A DNA stretch of 64,000 bases from Octopus sinensis (Eukaryota), in contig NC_043008.1 of the NCBI RefSeq assembly GCF_006345805.1, positions 28,768,001 to 28,832,000 on the forward strand. The letters run 5' to 3'. Of this stretch, positions 39,107 to 52,329 are shown piece by piece. A model generated the notes under the pieces. It had not been told where the DNA came from, did no database searches, and saw only the letters and a list, made by a program, of their open reading frames with translations. The translations under genes were made by a program, and so were the position numbers. Position 1 is the stretch's first letter, and each line of letters starts with the position of its first letter.

Positions 39107-39515
39107 GTGTATAAAATTATACACGATGGGAAGAAACACTAGGTTGGCTTCTTACATGCTGAAAGGGATGTCAAATCCCCAAAAGACGAAGAAACATTCT
39201 TGTTTATGTACGTTGAATGTAGGCGAGCAGGACAATTTGACAGAATTAAAAAGTCTAGTTATGTCTATACTTCCGAAGTTTCACCATTAGTGATTCAATA
39301 AATATATCAATTAATTAATCAATGAATTATATGTCAGTGGATCTTCAGAAGAAACTGCTAGGGACACATGCTTATAAAACTCGAATACATCGAATACATA
39401 CTATATCATAAAAGAGACACGTCCATATTGTATAGTTATCGTTATGCATCGTAAATTCAACTCAATGTTCTCAAACAACGCGCCAAGCCACAATAAAATA
39501 CACTGAATGAAAATT
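39107..39515. mobile_element. Partial, inverted copy of the long-TIR element at 40344-41046
   Basis: Aligns with the reverse complement of about 40560-40949 (tgtataaaattatacacga, cttacatgctgaaa..gatgtcaaatcccc, ctgctagggaca, ataaaactcgaatacat). Confidence 0.75.
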
Positions 39516-39527
39516 AGGAGTGAAGTA

Positions 39528-40306
39528 CAAGGGGCGTTCAATAAGTAATGCCCCTGACCCACTTCCTATAGCAGTAGAGCAACGACACTTGGCACAGTTT
39601 TTAGCCTTTTCCTACATAGGAACTACTCAGAGTTATGCATTTCTCCCATCGTTTCATACGGCTCTGGAGACCGTTTTTGTAGAAGACCCCAGCTTCGTCC
39701 TCCAACCACGACGTGACTTCAGAAATCAAGGCTGCATCATCTGGGAATCGCTTTCCTTTCAAAATCAACTTCATGGCTGGGAAGAGGTGAAAATCAGAGG
39801 GTGCAAGGGGAGGAGTTCATAGCTGCACGCCTGTGCTTCTGATCTGGCGACACGCGAGTTGTGGACCGGAGCGTTGTCCTGCAGGAGGAGGATGCCTTTG
39901 CTGATCTTGCCCCGCGTCTTGATTTTGATAACTTCTCTTAATTTCCTCAAACGTGAAGCATAATAGGCTCCTGTAATTGTGGTACCTTTTGCCAGGAAAT
40001 CTGTCATCACTACTCCGTCCTGGTCCCAGAAGACTGTGAGCATAACCTTGTCAGCGGAGGGCTGCACCCTTGCCTTCTTTGGAAGAGGTGAGTCACGGTG
40101 CTTTCACTGCATTGACTGGGCTTTGGTCTCTGGATCATAGTGATGGACCCAGGTTTTATCCTGTGTGATCAGTCTTTTGAAAAATTTTGACTCATCTGTA
40201 ATTCGCCACTTAATCTATAGAGGTATAAATAAGTGCACATGCAAAATTTCAGCTAGATCAAACAACTTCAAGTGGGTCAGGGGCATTACTTATTGAACGG
40301 CCCTCG
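39528..40306 (-). mobile_element. Mariner deletion derivative (779 bp) with both TIRs and TA TSD
   Basis: TIR c(a/g)agggg/ccgttcaataagtaatgcccctgacccactt at both ends; ORF 39771..40067 VMLTVFWDQDGVV..LLQDNAPVH; same family as 45730-47003. Confidence 0.93.
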
Positions 40307-40343
40307 TATCTGACCTAAGAATTTAAATATTTAGATATAAATA

Positions 40344-41046
40344 TAAAGGGCAAATTTTTTTTTTAATAATACGTTATACCAATGGTCAGCATTTGTAAAA
40401 GAGATCCGTAAACCATAAATATTTTCACACCATTTTAATCTGTATAAAATTATGCACGAAGGAAAGAGCCATTAGGTTGACTTCCTACATGCTGAAAAGA
40501 AATGTCAGATTCCCAACCACGAAAAAAACTTTCTTTTTATGCACGTTGAATCAATCATCTGTGGATGATTCTAGCTTGGTGTGTTCTTTGAGGACAATTG
40601 TGTTGAATTCACGATGTATAACCTTAATTACTCGATGTGCACCTGTCTCCTTTGTGATACGGTATGTATTCGAGTTTTATAAATATATGTCCCTAGCAGA
40701 TTTTACTGAAGGTCTACAGGTGATTAATAATTAATTAATTAATTACTTAATTAAATAATTAATGGTGAAATGTCAGAAGTATAGAAAAAAACTAGCCTTT
40801 TTCATCATTTCAAATTGACCTGGTCGCCTATATTCAACGTGCAGAAATAAGAATTTTTTTTCGTGGCTCGGGGATTTGACATCTCTTTTCAGCATGTAAG
40901 AAACCTACCTAGGGGCTTTGGCTTTTCTCTTCGTGTATAATTTTATACATATTTATATATTAGAAAAATATTTATGGTCTGTAGACTTTTTTTACGCGCG
41001 CTGACCACTGATATAAATTATTACTTTTAATAAATTTTACCCTTTA
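40344..41046. mobile_element. Non-autonomous DNA element of about 700 bp with about 210-bp imperfect TIRs
   Basis: Termini taaaggg / cccttta; 40344-40550 is the inverse of about 40833-41046 (ccataaatattt, tgtataaaattat, tacatgctgaaaag, gcacgttgaat blocks). Confidence 0.8.
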
Positions 41047-41324
41047 TGCACGCACACACAGACACACGCACGCACACACACACATGCATGTCCATACTAT
41101 TTCTAGTTGTAAAGATATAGTTTTCCGTCCATGCCACCATACGACTACTGCTACACTTATTTTCTTCCGATTCAATTTCTCAGAGAAAACTATTATGTAA
41201 AGAAGTTGTATATTTTTCTGATTATTTGAATTGCTTGTTTTCGATTTTGTTTCGACTTCACTGCATTTATCTACAGTATCTTTCACTGAAATTGCATTAG
41301 CCTAGGGTCAATACAAAAGTACAC

Positions 41325-41475
41325 GCAGGCATAGCTGTGTGCTTCCGAATCACGTGGCTCCAGATTCAGTCTTGCTGTGTGGTACCTTGGGAAGTATCTT
41401 TTCCCGTTACTTCCAGGTGACCAAAAGCCTTATAAGTAAATTTGTCAGATGGAAGCTGAAAAAAGCCTGTAGTAC
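41325..41475 (+). mobile_element. Degenerate SINE family B
   Basis: gcaggcatagctgtgt..gtggtaccttgggaagt..gaccaaaagcctt. Confidence 0.65.
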
Positions 41476-42396
41476 ATGTGAGTGAAACTCCTAGGTGATA
41501 ATAAATCTATACATCCAACATTATGTCTATAAACAGATAGATGTTGGTCTCTTGCCGTGCTCAAAAGCTGACCATATTCCACTGATTTCCTTTAAAATAG
41601 ATCGGTAAGAGACTAGACAGCCTAATAATTGTTCATGCTTATCATAATCATCATAGTTTATTTTCATAAAAGCCGGAACAAAATTTGTGAAAATCTTTTT
41701 CCTCATTCTTTAGTTCAGTTGTCTCTGCTTCATTGACCACGTTTTAAGTTACTGTCAGCTGCTGCTAATATCCGAAGATAGAGTATATCGTTAATGATTC
41801 TCTTAAAAGAATCCCTAAGAATTTTTGCATCCTCCAGTCTATCTAAGTTCATAGACACACACTCATATATACATACATACATACATAAATGCACACGCAT
41901 ACATATGTACACATACACAACAAGCACTAGCACGCAGATACACATACACATGCGAGTATACGCACATATCCATACGCACGGACACAAACATATGTATATG
42001 TATAGTATAATTCTGATTTTTATTTATAAAAGGCTCTCAAGGTGCTATTACAATCAATTGGTTATGCAAATAAACCTGATCTGTATGATACACATGTGAG
42101 ATGTGGACAGATTTACGCAATTGTCATGACTACATGATTACTTAGATTGTTGCATTGTGATACGGATACTGAATATACCAGGAAGAAATATGCATGTATT
42201 CATTCATTGATCAATGCTCGGCATTTTATAATTTCAGCTAAATGCATGGAAATTTACATGCTGTATATTCAAAATTTGAAGTGGTCCCTTTTAGAATTAT
42301 CCTTGAATATGAATTTTATAACAGATTTATTACATATAAATTCAAACGCCCAAGAAGAAATATGTGTATATGTATATAAACACACGAACACACATA

Positions 42397-43030
42397 TACA
42401 CGGACTGCGGTGAATAAATTGTCGTCTACATTACGCAGAAATGAAACTAACACTGACATATTATTTTAACAGATGTATTTACAAAAATTACATAAAAATA
42501 TCTTTAAATACTACAGAGTAAATTTATTCAATAAAATCGCTATTGGCTTCAGGCAAGGACACCAGGCATCTTCGGAATCTCCTGAAATACTTGTGGACCG
42601 ACTGCTTGTTTAAGTCCCTGAATACTGCCATAATCCTTGTCTTCAGTTCGTCTGTGATTTTACAAGAAATTTTGTTAATCTATAGCACAATTGCACCACA
42701 CACATAATGATCGAGGGGGTTGCTGTCTTGGGAGTTAGGTGGCCAGATGTTATGGGTGATGTTGTGGCAGAAATTGTCTGACAGCCATGACTGGGTTCTC
42801 TTTCTTGTGTGGCATGGGGCAGAGTCCTGTTGCCAGAAATGGAGTCTTCCAGCAGCCACCAATTTGCCCCAGAGCAGCGCTACATCATCCAAGCACTTGA
42901 TGTAGTTCTCCGTGTAGATTGTGAGGCCTTGTGGGAAGATCAATGGAGGCATAACATCGCTATCACCACTGATCACTCCAAACATCATGATGCTGACTGG
43001 ATATTTGATTTTCATCATTCTCGGTACACG
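42397..43030 (-). mobile_element. DD37D (maT-type) Tc1/mariner transposon 3' remnant
   Basis: ORF 42680..43018 MFGVISGDSDVMPP..QQDSAPCH..WPPNSQDSNPLD: 37 residues between the second and third catalytic D. Confidence 0.8.
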
Positions 43031-43289
43031 TCCTAAGATCGAACTGTTCTCATATTGACACCCAAATACTCTGAAACGTTCTTATTGGGGCTTCCAGTGC
43101 AATTCGCAAACAGTACAGTATGTCATTACCACATTCGTGGCTGAGTGGTTTGCGACACAGTGCTGTTTTATAACAAACGGTGCCCAACTGACACTGCTAT
43201 ACTGTGTAGTCGACAAAATAAAAAAAAACAAATAATGCGTATACGATAATTAAAAATATAAGTGGTGAAAATTTCCGCATCGCAGCCTG

Positions 43290-43790
43290 TGTAAGTCTAA
43301 AAGCATTACAAACCCTAGAGAAGAGATTTAATACAGCCTGCTTGTCCTTCTTGGTGTGAGCAACGGGAACTACATGATCAACAGAAAAGATCTCCAGAAG
43401 AAGGGCCTGGAATGTCTTTGACTTGGCATTAAAGTGTTTAACATCAGAGACTTTACCTGTGGTTCTGAAGCGAATATAGACGCCAATATTACAGTCTTGG
43501 AAAGCGTGCAAGATAGTTACAGCAAAATATATGGAAAAAAGTTTTGGAGCAGCAATACTACCTTGTTTGACTCTGTTATCGATGGAAATTGGTTCCAATA
43601 GCGATCCGTTGAAGTTAAGGCGATTTTTCATATCACTATAAAGTTGCCTAAACAACTTGACGAATTGAGGTGGACATCCATCTTCACCAACAATGGCCCA
43701 GAGAACGGTGAAATTAACAATGTCGAAGGCTTTTGTTAAATCAAGGAAAAGCGGGTAATGAGCCATGCGATGTTCGATGAATTTCAGCTG
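43290..43790 (-). mobile_element. RTE-clade LINE RT remnant
   Basis: FLDLTKAFD..GCPPQFV..VKQGSIAAPKLFSIYF..GVYIRFRTTGK within ORF 43197..43898. Confidence 0.8.
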
Positions 43791-45003
43791 GAGTTGGGCA
43801 GAAAATAAAAACGTCTTTTGTGCCACGATTGACGTAAAAACCACACTGACTCCAAGGGACGACAGATTAACTAAGCCGATTAAGTAAATGTTTTGCAAAA
43901 AACTTACCGATTATTTCAAGCAGGCTTATATGTCTGTAATTGCCACACTCGGATTTGGATTATTTTCCTTTGAGCAATGAGACCGAAATGGCATCAATCC
44001 AATCCTGTGGAACAGGAGCACCCAGCCAGATGGCTGATATTATATGGTGCATCTCTTCAGCAAGCCTATTATATGTGTGTGCGCGCTTGTGTGTATATGT
44101 GTGTAATGAGCATTATTAGTATTTTGCATTTAACAGAAAGCATTTTAATTTTATTCTCCTACACATATTTGCATAGGTAGATATTTATAATAGTACATTC
44201 TTAATATTGAGATGCAGCACGGATTTTTGTCAGTGAACACGTCGCGGTCTAATAGCGACGAAAATATTTTGACTAATTAAATTTAAATGTTGAAGTGAAT
44301 CGAACGGCTTTTGTGTGTTTCTTAAATGGCTTACAAACACCTTCCACGCTGCAATTGTTTTCGTTCCAGCATACGATCTCAGATCAAATCACTTGCTATG
44401 CAAGTACATCTCCGTAATTCCTTTTATTATTCTAGTGTAATTGCATTTAATTTCTAAACATTCTCTTACTGTTTATATGATGTTTAAAAAATGCTCTCAG
44501 AACAGTTTAATTTATGAAAGAGATTGTAAAGGATTGCGTAACCAGAAATGATTACAGGGAAGTAGATTATGGTTGACCGCACCCATATTCTATGTTTCAG
44601 CTATTGATAATATAATAATGACGTTGAGTTGGCGAAATTCATTTTACAAATCCTGTTTTTATATATACGAAGCTTATTAGAATTCCTCTTATGTTTCTGT
44701 GGTTAGAACATCCGTGCAGTAGATTTCTTGTTTTCTTCGTCTTGAAATCAGATGTCTGGTAAGATAGCAGTTGTTTTGCAAGATGTAAAATATGAATTAT
44801 GAATAGTCTACCATGATATTGAAACATATCACATACATATCTAAGAGCCATTATTCCTTCATTTCATTTCAATCAGATTGCATTTTCTCAAAACACGTGT
44901 AACTTATGTATAAAAACATGGGGGTTTTCCGCATTCTTTTAACCTTGTGTATATATGTATATATAAAACAAATGTCTTTCTTAAAAATTTTATCGTTTAG
45001 ACA

Positions 45004-45262
45004 TTTCAATCATTACACTGCAGCCATGCTGGTGTTCAGCCTTGAATGAATCGACACCGATACTTTCTTTTTTCAAGCCTGATACATAATGAGTCGATGC
45101 GATTTGCAGTGCGCCTTGGTTACGGGGACGTAAATACACCAGCAGCAGTTCTCAAGCTGTAGTAGGGGAAAACACACATAAACACAAACTCTTACACAAA
45201 TAAACACAAACGCACATATGCTACGGCTTTCAAATTTCGTCAACCAATTCCACTCACAAACA
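45004..45262 (-). mobile_element. Degenerate SINE family B, 3' part
   Basis: gcagccatgctgg and tacggggacgtaaatacaccagc are inverse matches to 48849-49250. Confidence 0.65.
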
Positions 45263-45339
45263 ATTGCACACAAACACACACACAAACACACACACACATA
45301 TATATATGCAATGGAGCTACATGTAGATCGTTGGCGATG

Positions 45340-45505
45340 TGTTCCTCCGTCTTCTTTTCTTGGACTTTCCTTGGTCACCTGAAAAGAGTTTTGCTCGAAA
45401 CGTAAAACTACATTTCTTTCTTTCTTTGAGCTTCTGTTAATACATTGCGTGTACCACGTCCTCGCGTTCTTGCCTTTTTTCTTGTTATTTCTTCGTTTTT
45501 TATTA
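45340..45505 (+). mobile_element. Penelope-like pLTR fragment with decayed hammerhead core
   Basis: ctgaaaa-gag-ttttg-ctc-gaaac-gta at 45379-45404; pLTR assignment is from recall. Confidence 0.45.
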
Positions 45506-45556
45506 ACTATATATATATATATATATAAACAGAGAGATAGATAGACAGATAGATTA

Positions 45557-45593
<37 letters not shown>

Positions 45594-45729
45594 GAGATAT
45601 TTGAAGTGTCATGTGAACACCAAGAGATGTATTTTAAATGTAATTACACTGTAGAATTATTTTTACAAATGTATTTTAGAAACAGTTACGTATGCAAGTT
45701 TTGTGTAGGAGAATAAAATTAGCATGCTA

Positions 45730-47003
45730 CGAGGGACGTTCAATAAGTAATGCCTCTGACCCACTTGCGGTTGTTTGATCTAGCAATTATTTATATCTCT
45801 ATGGAGTAAGTGGTAAATTACAGCTCTGAATTAATTGTGGTTTCTGATTTACAGGTGTTTGAATCGAGTCAAGTGTGAAATGGAGCCTGTTGAGTGTCGA
45901 GCAGTGATCCGGTTTTTGTATTTGAAAGGACGCACACCACGGGAGACTTTTGATGAAATGAAAGTAACTTATGGTGATGATGCCCCATCATATGACCTTG
46001 TAAAACGCTGGCATCGTGAATTCAAACATGGTCGGAACTCTGTGGAAATAGCTCCCAGATCTGGTCGCCCCCTTCTGCCATTGATGAGGCATCTGTCCGT
46101 CAAGTTGAGGCTGCCACTTTGGCAGATCGACGCATAATTATTCGCCAAATAGCCCATGAGGTCAAGATTAGTACCGGGTCTGTGGAAACTATCATTCATG
46201 ACCATTTGCATATGCAAAAGGTGTCTGCCAGATGGATTCCCAGGTTCCTCACGCCTTTCCAGAAGCAAGAACGCGTCGAGTGCTCGAGAATGAATTTGGA
46301 GATGTGCCGACAAGATAAGTCAAAATTTTTCAAACGACTGATTACACAGGATGAAACCTGGGTCCATCACGATGATCCAGAGACCAAAGCCCAGTCAATG
46401 CAGTGGAAGCACCGTGACTCACCCCCTCCAAAGAAGGCAAGGGTGCAGCCCTCCGCTGGCAATGTCATGCTCACAGTCTTCTGGGACCAGGACGGAGTAG
46501 TGATGACAGATATCCTGGCAAAGGGTACCACAATTGCGGGAGCCTATTATGCTTCACTTTTGAGGAAATTAAGAGAAGTTATCAAAATCAAGAGGCGGGG
46601 CAAGATCAGCAAAGGCATCCTCCTCCTGCAGGACAACGCTCCGGTCCACAACTCGCTTGTCGCCAGATCAGAAGCACAGGCGTATGGCTATGAACTCATC
46701 CCCATCCCCCCTACTTTCCTGACCTTGCACCCTCTGATTTTCACCTCTTCCAAATCATGAAGTTGTTTTTGAAAGGAAAGCGTTTCCCAGATGATGCAGC
46801 CTTGATTTCTGAAGTCACGTTGAGGTTGGAGGACCAAGCTGGGTTCTTCTACAAAATCGGTCTCCAGAGCCGCATCAAACGATGGGAGAAATGCGTAACA
46901 CTGGGTGGTTTCTATGTAGAAAAAGACTAATAACTGTGCCAAGTTTCGTTGCTCTACTGCTATGGGAAGTGGGTCAGGGGCATTACTTATTGAACGCCCC
47001 TCG
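45730..47003 (+). mobile_element. Full-length DD34D mariner transposon (1274 bp), TA TSD
   Basis: About 38-bp TIRs (cgagggacgttcaataagtaatgcctctgacccactt / aagtgggtcaggggcattacttattgaacgcccctcg) flanked by TA. Confidence 0.96.
45880..46930 (+). pseudogene. Mariner transposase pseudogene (two frameshifts)
   Basis: MEPVECRAVIRFL..APSYDLVKRW..RSGRP / WIPRFL..TQDETWV..QDNAPVH / PDLAPSDF; D34D spacing; frameshifts near 46070 and 46700. Confidence 0.92.
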
Positions 47004-47068
47004 TATATATGTATGTATACATGCATACTTACATATACATACACACACCCACACACACACACACACAT

Positions 47069-47110
<42 letters not shown>
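47004..47110. repeat. (TA)n/(CA)n microsatellite
   Basis: Direct. Confidence 0.9.
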
Positions 47111-47116
<6 letters not shown>

Positions 47117-48344
47117 TCAATTATTTTATGGTAAAGTTAACGGTATGCAAAGAAAACTCTTATTTCATTATGCCGTCTACCTTCTAATGATGCTAAATAG
47201 TCAGTCATTTTTTCGGACTACATTTTTAACAGGACTACAATTAATTTATAAATATTGATTTCATCTCTCTTGTTTATCATATACATGTATAAATATTAAC
47301 TTCATAATTAAAATGTGGGTATGTGAACAGGTATACGTTTAAACGTGCACACATAGAAATGCATCAATATACTAATGTATATTACACATTATATAAAAAG
47401 ATATACACATGCACAAACCTCATTTCATCCAAACATCGCATACGGGTACACAATTACACATACGTTTATATATATGCCTATCTATGTATATTCATACATA
47501 GCCATATAAATACGTACTCATACTTATACACATACACACACATACACACACATAAACGACGCAACTATTTTCTCTTTCATCAATAAGTGTATAGCCAATG
47601 GCGATATTAATACATTATTGAAAAATGTTATGTAAATCTTTAAAAATCATCAGTAGGAAAAAAACAGTCAACCTTGAAAGCTTGTATTAAAATATATTGT
47701 TAATAAATAGAATTAATAAATCACAATCAAATAAGAATAGTTATTCACAATGCATATATAAATATATAGACATATACGTATGTACGTACGTAGCTACTAT
47801 CATTTTTGTAAATAATTTTTTTCCAATACACACACAAACACAAATATTAGTGGTCAGAGAAAGTGTGTTTGTGTGTGTGTGTGTTGTGTGTGTTGTAATT
47901 CGATAAAACTCACGCAATAAAACGATATAAATGTCATAAGTCAGCGATGGTCGCAATTTGAGATGCTTTAGAAGAACAGTTAAATGTAAAATAAATGTTA
48001 AGAGTATCGAGCACTACAGGGCGTGAAAATGAATAAATAATTCTGCTTAGTAGTCACTGTTATTTGATAGTAATTGGCGGAAATCATTATGTAGGCATTG
48101 TTTACATGTCTACCTCACAAAATGGCTTCGTCAATTTGTTTTTTAATATTATGTTTGCAATACATAATTGACATTGTCTCAGCAATATGCTCTAAACAAT
48201 TATTTCCACATCTATCATAATTAATGGGGTACACCATGCAGTTAACCGAGCTATTGATTTACATGTACACCCTGACTTATAGCTCGAAAATTAATCGAAA
48301 TAATGAGGTGCTAAATGCCATTTTCAGTTCTAACACAAAAAATA

Positions 48345-48561
48345 TTTTTCGCTTTTGGCAGAAGACCAGCTAATTCGGGGTAAGGATAAGTCGATTACCA
48401 CGACCGCAATGTTCAACAGATACTTATTTTATTCATTTCGGAAAGATGGATGGCAACGTCGACCAGGGTGAAATTTGATTTCAATGCAAAATGTAAAGAT
48501 ATACGAAATGCTGCTAAGTATTTAGCTAGGCGTGCTTCAGATTCCGTCAGCTCGCCTCCTT
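48345..48561 (-). mobile_element. Degenerate SINE family A
   Basis: Ends ccgtcagctcgcctcctt, the inverse of the family head. Confidence 0.65.
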
Positions 48562-48848
48562 AAAACTCCTAAAATGTTACACTGTATTCATATATAGGTG
48601 TGTTGGTATACATATTCCCTATATCCAAGGAAGTGAGACTATGTTGCTACTGTCTAAGGCTCAGTGTGTAATCACTTTTTTATACACGGCACTCTTTTAA
48701 ATAAGGTACATGTTACTGTATGCACATGAGTATATGTATCTATCTGTTTATCTATCTATCAAAATATATATCTATCTAATTATCTCTCTGTCTGACTGCG
48801 ACTGTCTGTCTATCTATGCAGCTCTCTCTCTCTATAAATATATTAGAT

Positions 48849-49245
48849 GCAGGAGTGGTTGTGTGTTAAGTAAATTTCTTACTAACTACATGGTTCCGGG
48901 TTCAGTCCCACTGCATAGCAAATTGTGCAAGTGTCTTCTACTATAACCTCGAGTCGACCAAAGCCTTGTGAGTACACGGAATGTGAAAGAAGCCCGTCAT
49001 GTATATCTATGTGATTGGGGGTGTATATGTTTGCGTTTCGATGTTTCTTTCCCCCAACATAGCTTGATAACCGACGCTAGTGTGTATACGTCCCCGTAAC
49101 TTAGAGGTTCGGTAAAAGGACCCGATAGAATAAATACTATTCTTGCGAAGAATAAGTCCTGGGGTAGATTTGCTCGGCTAAAGGTGGTGCCCTAGCATGA
49201 CCGTATTTAAATGACTGAAACAAGTAAAAATATCAACGAATAAAA

Positions 49246-49250
<5 letters not shown>
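48849..49250 (+). mobile_element. SINE family B, full length
   Basis: gcaggagtggttgtgtg..ggttccgggttcagtcccactgc..aatgactgaaacaagtaaaa. Confidence 0.85.
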
Positions 49251-49296
<46 letters not shown>

Positions 49297-49332
49297 CACA
49301 TGCATACATAATTGCATATATATGTTTATAAA

Positions 49333-49367
<35 letters not shown>

Positions 49368-49499
49368 TATATATATATATATGGATGTATGTATATGCAG
49401 TAACAAACTGAGTGTGTAAGGGGTGTGTAAAACACCCATTTCCTTGGTATGTCAGTTAATAATCACATAAATAGGGTTCTAATGCAAATTACAAATAAT

Positions 49500-49760
49500 A
49501 ACCTAAATTGAGAGATACAATTGTGCATCCAATAATTTATTCATATTATAATATAGCAATATACTATGAATATAATATAACACTAAATAATCATTAAGAA
49601 ATCGATGAATCAAAAATTTGTTTCGACTAAGATATATTATTTGACATATAGACAATATGCAATTCAATTTACTTATATATGTCTCATCAGAGATAAGGTT
49701 TAAGGAGAAACGAAATTCCGTTTGAAACGAAAGGTGGTCTGTAAAAAAATAATTCAGATA
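49500..49760 (-). mobile_element. Penelope-like pLTR-like segment homologous to 53560-53700
   Basis: Minus strand tttcaaacggaatttcgt..ctctgatgagacatatataa..ttgaattg..agtcgaaacaa aligns with plus tttcacacggaaattcgt..ctctaataggacatatataa..ttgaattg..agttgaaacaa. Confidence 0.55.
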
Positions 49761-50104
49761 CGTATGTATTGTGAGCGTGAGTGTTAACTTTTCAACTACA
49801 TAACAATTATAATTAAAAAACAAAACAAAATAATAACAGATAAAATGACTAAGTAAATAGAATCTACAACTATCGAAATATATTTCTATGTATCGCAAAT
49901 AATATTAATCCTAACTATTTTGGGTCGAAGAAATAATTTTTCTATTATGATAACATACATCAACAATATATAGGTATATAAATCAAGTACCAGGCTCTTA
50001 CTTAATCTATAAACTTTAATAAAACGTATAAATATTATAAATGATACTTATATTGGTAATATATATGAACTCTTCTCTTTATTTAAAGTTATTGCTATAA
50101 GAAA

Positions 50105-50422
50105 AGATTGTTTCAAGTAGCTAACAAAAACTGTTCTGTTTTTAATTTATCGTAGGGTGAATTCCGTGATAATAAACTTAGAGCTACATTAAAGTGATTG
50201 ATATAAAAATACTGTTTAAAGTACCTGACAAAAATGTTCTTTATTTACTTAATTTATCGTAGAATGAATTCCGTAATAAATATAAAGATAAACTTAGAGC
50301 TGCAATAAAGTGATTAATATAACAGAGATTGTTTAAATTAACTAACAAAAATATTATTTATTTATTTAGTTTACCGTAGGGCAAATACGTAATAAAAATG
50401 AAGATAAACTTAGAGCTGCAAT
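50105..50422. repeat. Three diverged tandem copies of a 105-115 bp unit
   Basis: Blocks tgttt(c/a)aa..acaaaaa..ttt(a)tcgtag..ataaacttagagct repeat near 50105, 50210 and 50326. Confidence 0.8.
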
Positions 50423-50644
50423 TGCAACAATGCATATTACCCCATAATATATAACGATGAACTATAATAATGGATATCAACATATTACTAGTTTTTCAGA
50501 TATAAACAGATTTGAAGTCACACAAAGAAGGATAATTATTCGTTTATTATAGAAGGAAGAACTCAGTAAATAAAAATTATTTTAACTAAAAAAAGGATTG
50601 AGTACCTACCCTCCAAAAATATAATTAATATTATTTTATATATA

Positions 50645-50790
50645 GTAGCTTGCATACGAACCAAATAGTTCCGGGTTCAGTCCCACTGCGTGGCACCTTG
50701 AGCAAATGTCTTCTACAATAGATTCCGACCGACCAAACCCTTGTGAGTGGATTTGGGAGATGGAGATTTAATGAAGCCCGTCATATATAT

Positions 50791-50824
<34 letters not shown>

Positions 50825-51021
50825 TTGTGTCTGTTTGTCCTTCAGCATCGCTTGACAACCGATGCTGCTGTGTTTACTTCCCCTCAATTAGCGGTTCGGC
50901 AAATGTGACCGATAGAATAAGTACTAGCCTTACAAACAATAAGTCCTGGCGTCGATTACTTCGACTAAAGGTGGCGCTCCAGCATGGCCGCAGTCAAATG
51001 ACTGAAACAAGTAGAAGAGAG
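50645..51021 (+). mobile_element. SINE family B
   Basis: gttccgggttcagtcccactgcgtggcaccttgagcaa..ggcgctccagcatggccgcagtcaaatgactgaaacaag. Confidence 0.88.
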
Positions 51022-51080
<59 letters not shown>

Positions 51081-51429
51081 ATATATGCATATATATATTA
51101 CTATAAATAGTATATATCCAAATTTAATTGATTACTACAGAATTAACGAAAGAATATTGTGGTTTTAGAATACCAGTTATAAACTATACAATACTACAAC
51201 AATTTTTATTGCGCTTTTTAAATTTAGTTAGTAATTCAAATAAAACTATTCATTTATTATTATGATTATTATTACTATTAATATTATCATCATCAATAAA
51301 TTAATAAATTAAATGAAGGTACTTATCCAATATACATATGTAGTATCAGGAAGATATCTTATTTGTCATATGTAATTCGCATTAACTTGCTAATATGATG
51401 TTGTATTTTACAGTAACTGCAAGAATCTT

Positions 51430-51481
51430 AAAGATATACACATATATATAAATAAATAAATATATATGTATTCACATCATA

Positions 51482-51553
<72 letters not shown>

Positions 51554-52060
51554 TATATATACATATACAAATATATATATATTCATACACTTACATATAT
51601 ATACAAATACACACGTACACATACTTATACATAGAGTTCTACATCCATATGCATATACGCAGGTATATATACTCAACAAAAATATATAGATGTGTACAAC
51701 CAAACTATACACATAACTATAGAACACTACATAAAAACATACATATACATATATATTTACTCACATACATACCCATATGAGTACATACGTGTACGTGGTA
51801 AAAAAACATAGATGCATACATATACATCCACATATTCATACATATAACCATGGATACACACATACACATATTTGCATACATACACACACAAACGCATATA
51901 TATATATATAGACAGATAGATAGACCGATATATAGATATACATATATATATATACACAAACACATGCATATGCATAACGACATATATATAGCTTCAGCTA
52001 AAAATACAAACAACATATACACATGTATAGAAATACATACAGATATAATCAAATATATGA
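51430..52060. repeat. Degenerate (TA)/(CA) low-complexity tract
   Basis: Direct. Confidence 0.85.
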
Positions 52061-52199
52061 TCATTCAATCAGCCGAAATTGCGAGGTTGATCCGATCCTT
52101 CACTGAAGGTTAGAGGTTTTGGATGACCTGTCCGATTTTTGAGTCGTTTATTTGAATGTTTTGCGTTCTTGCCCCATTTTGTATTTTTATATATATTTT

Positions 52200-52320
<121 letters not shown>

Positions 52321-52329
52321 ATATTTAAT

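Noticed and set aside
45801-45854. Spliced N-terminal extension of the mariner transposase (ATGGA|GTAAGT..TTTACAG|G is in frame)
   Set aside because: Intron would be only 49 nt, and the sister copy near 40210-40225 lacks both the ATG and the donor
50105-50422. CRISPR-like array
   Set aside because: Units are long, diverged and lack unique spacers; eukaryotic context and no cas genes
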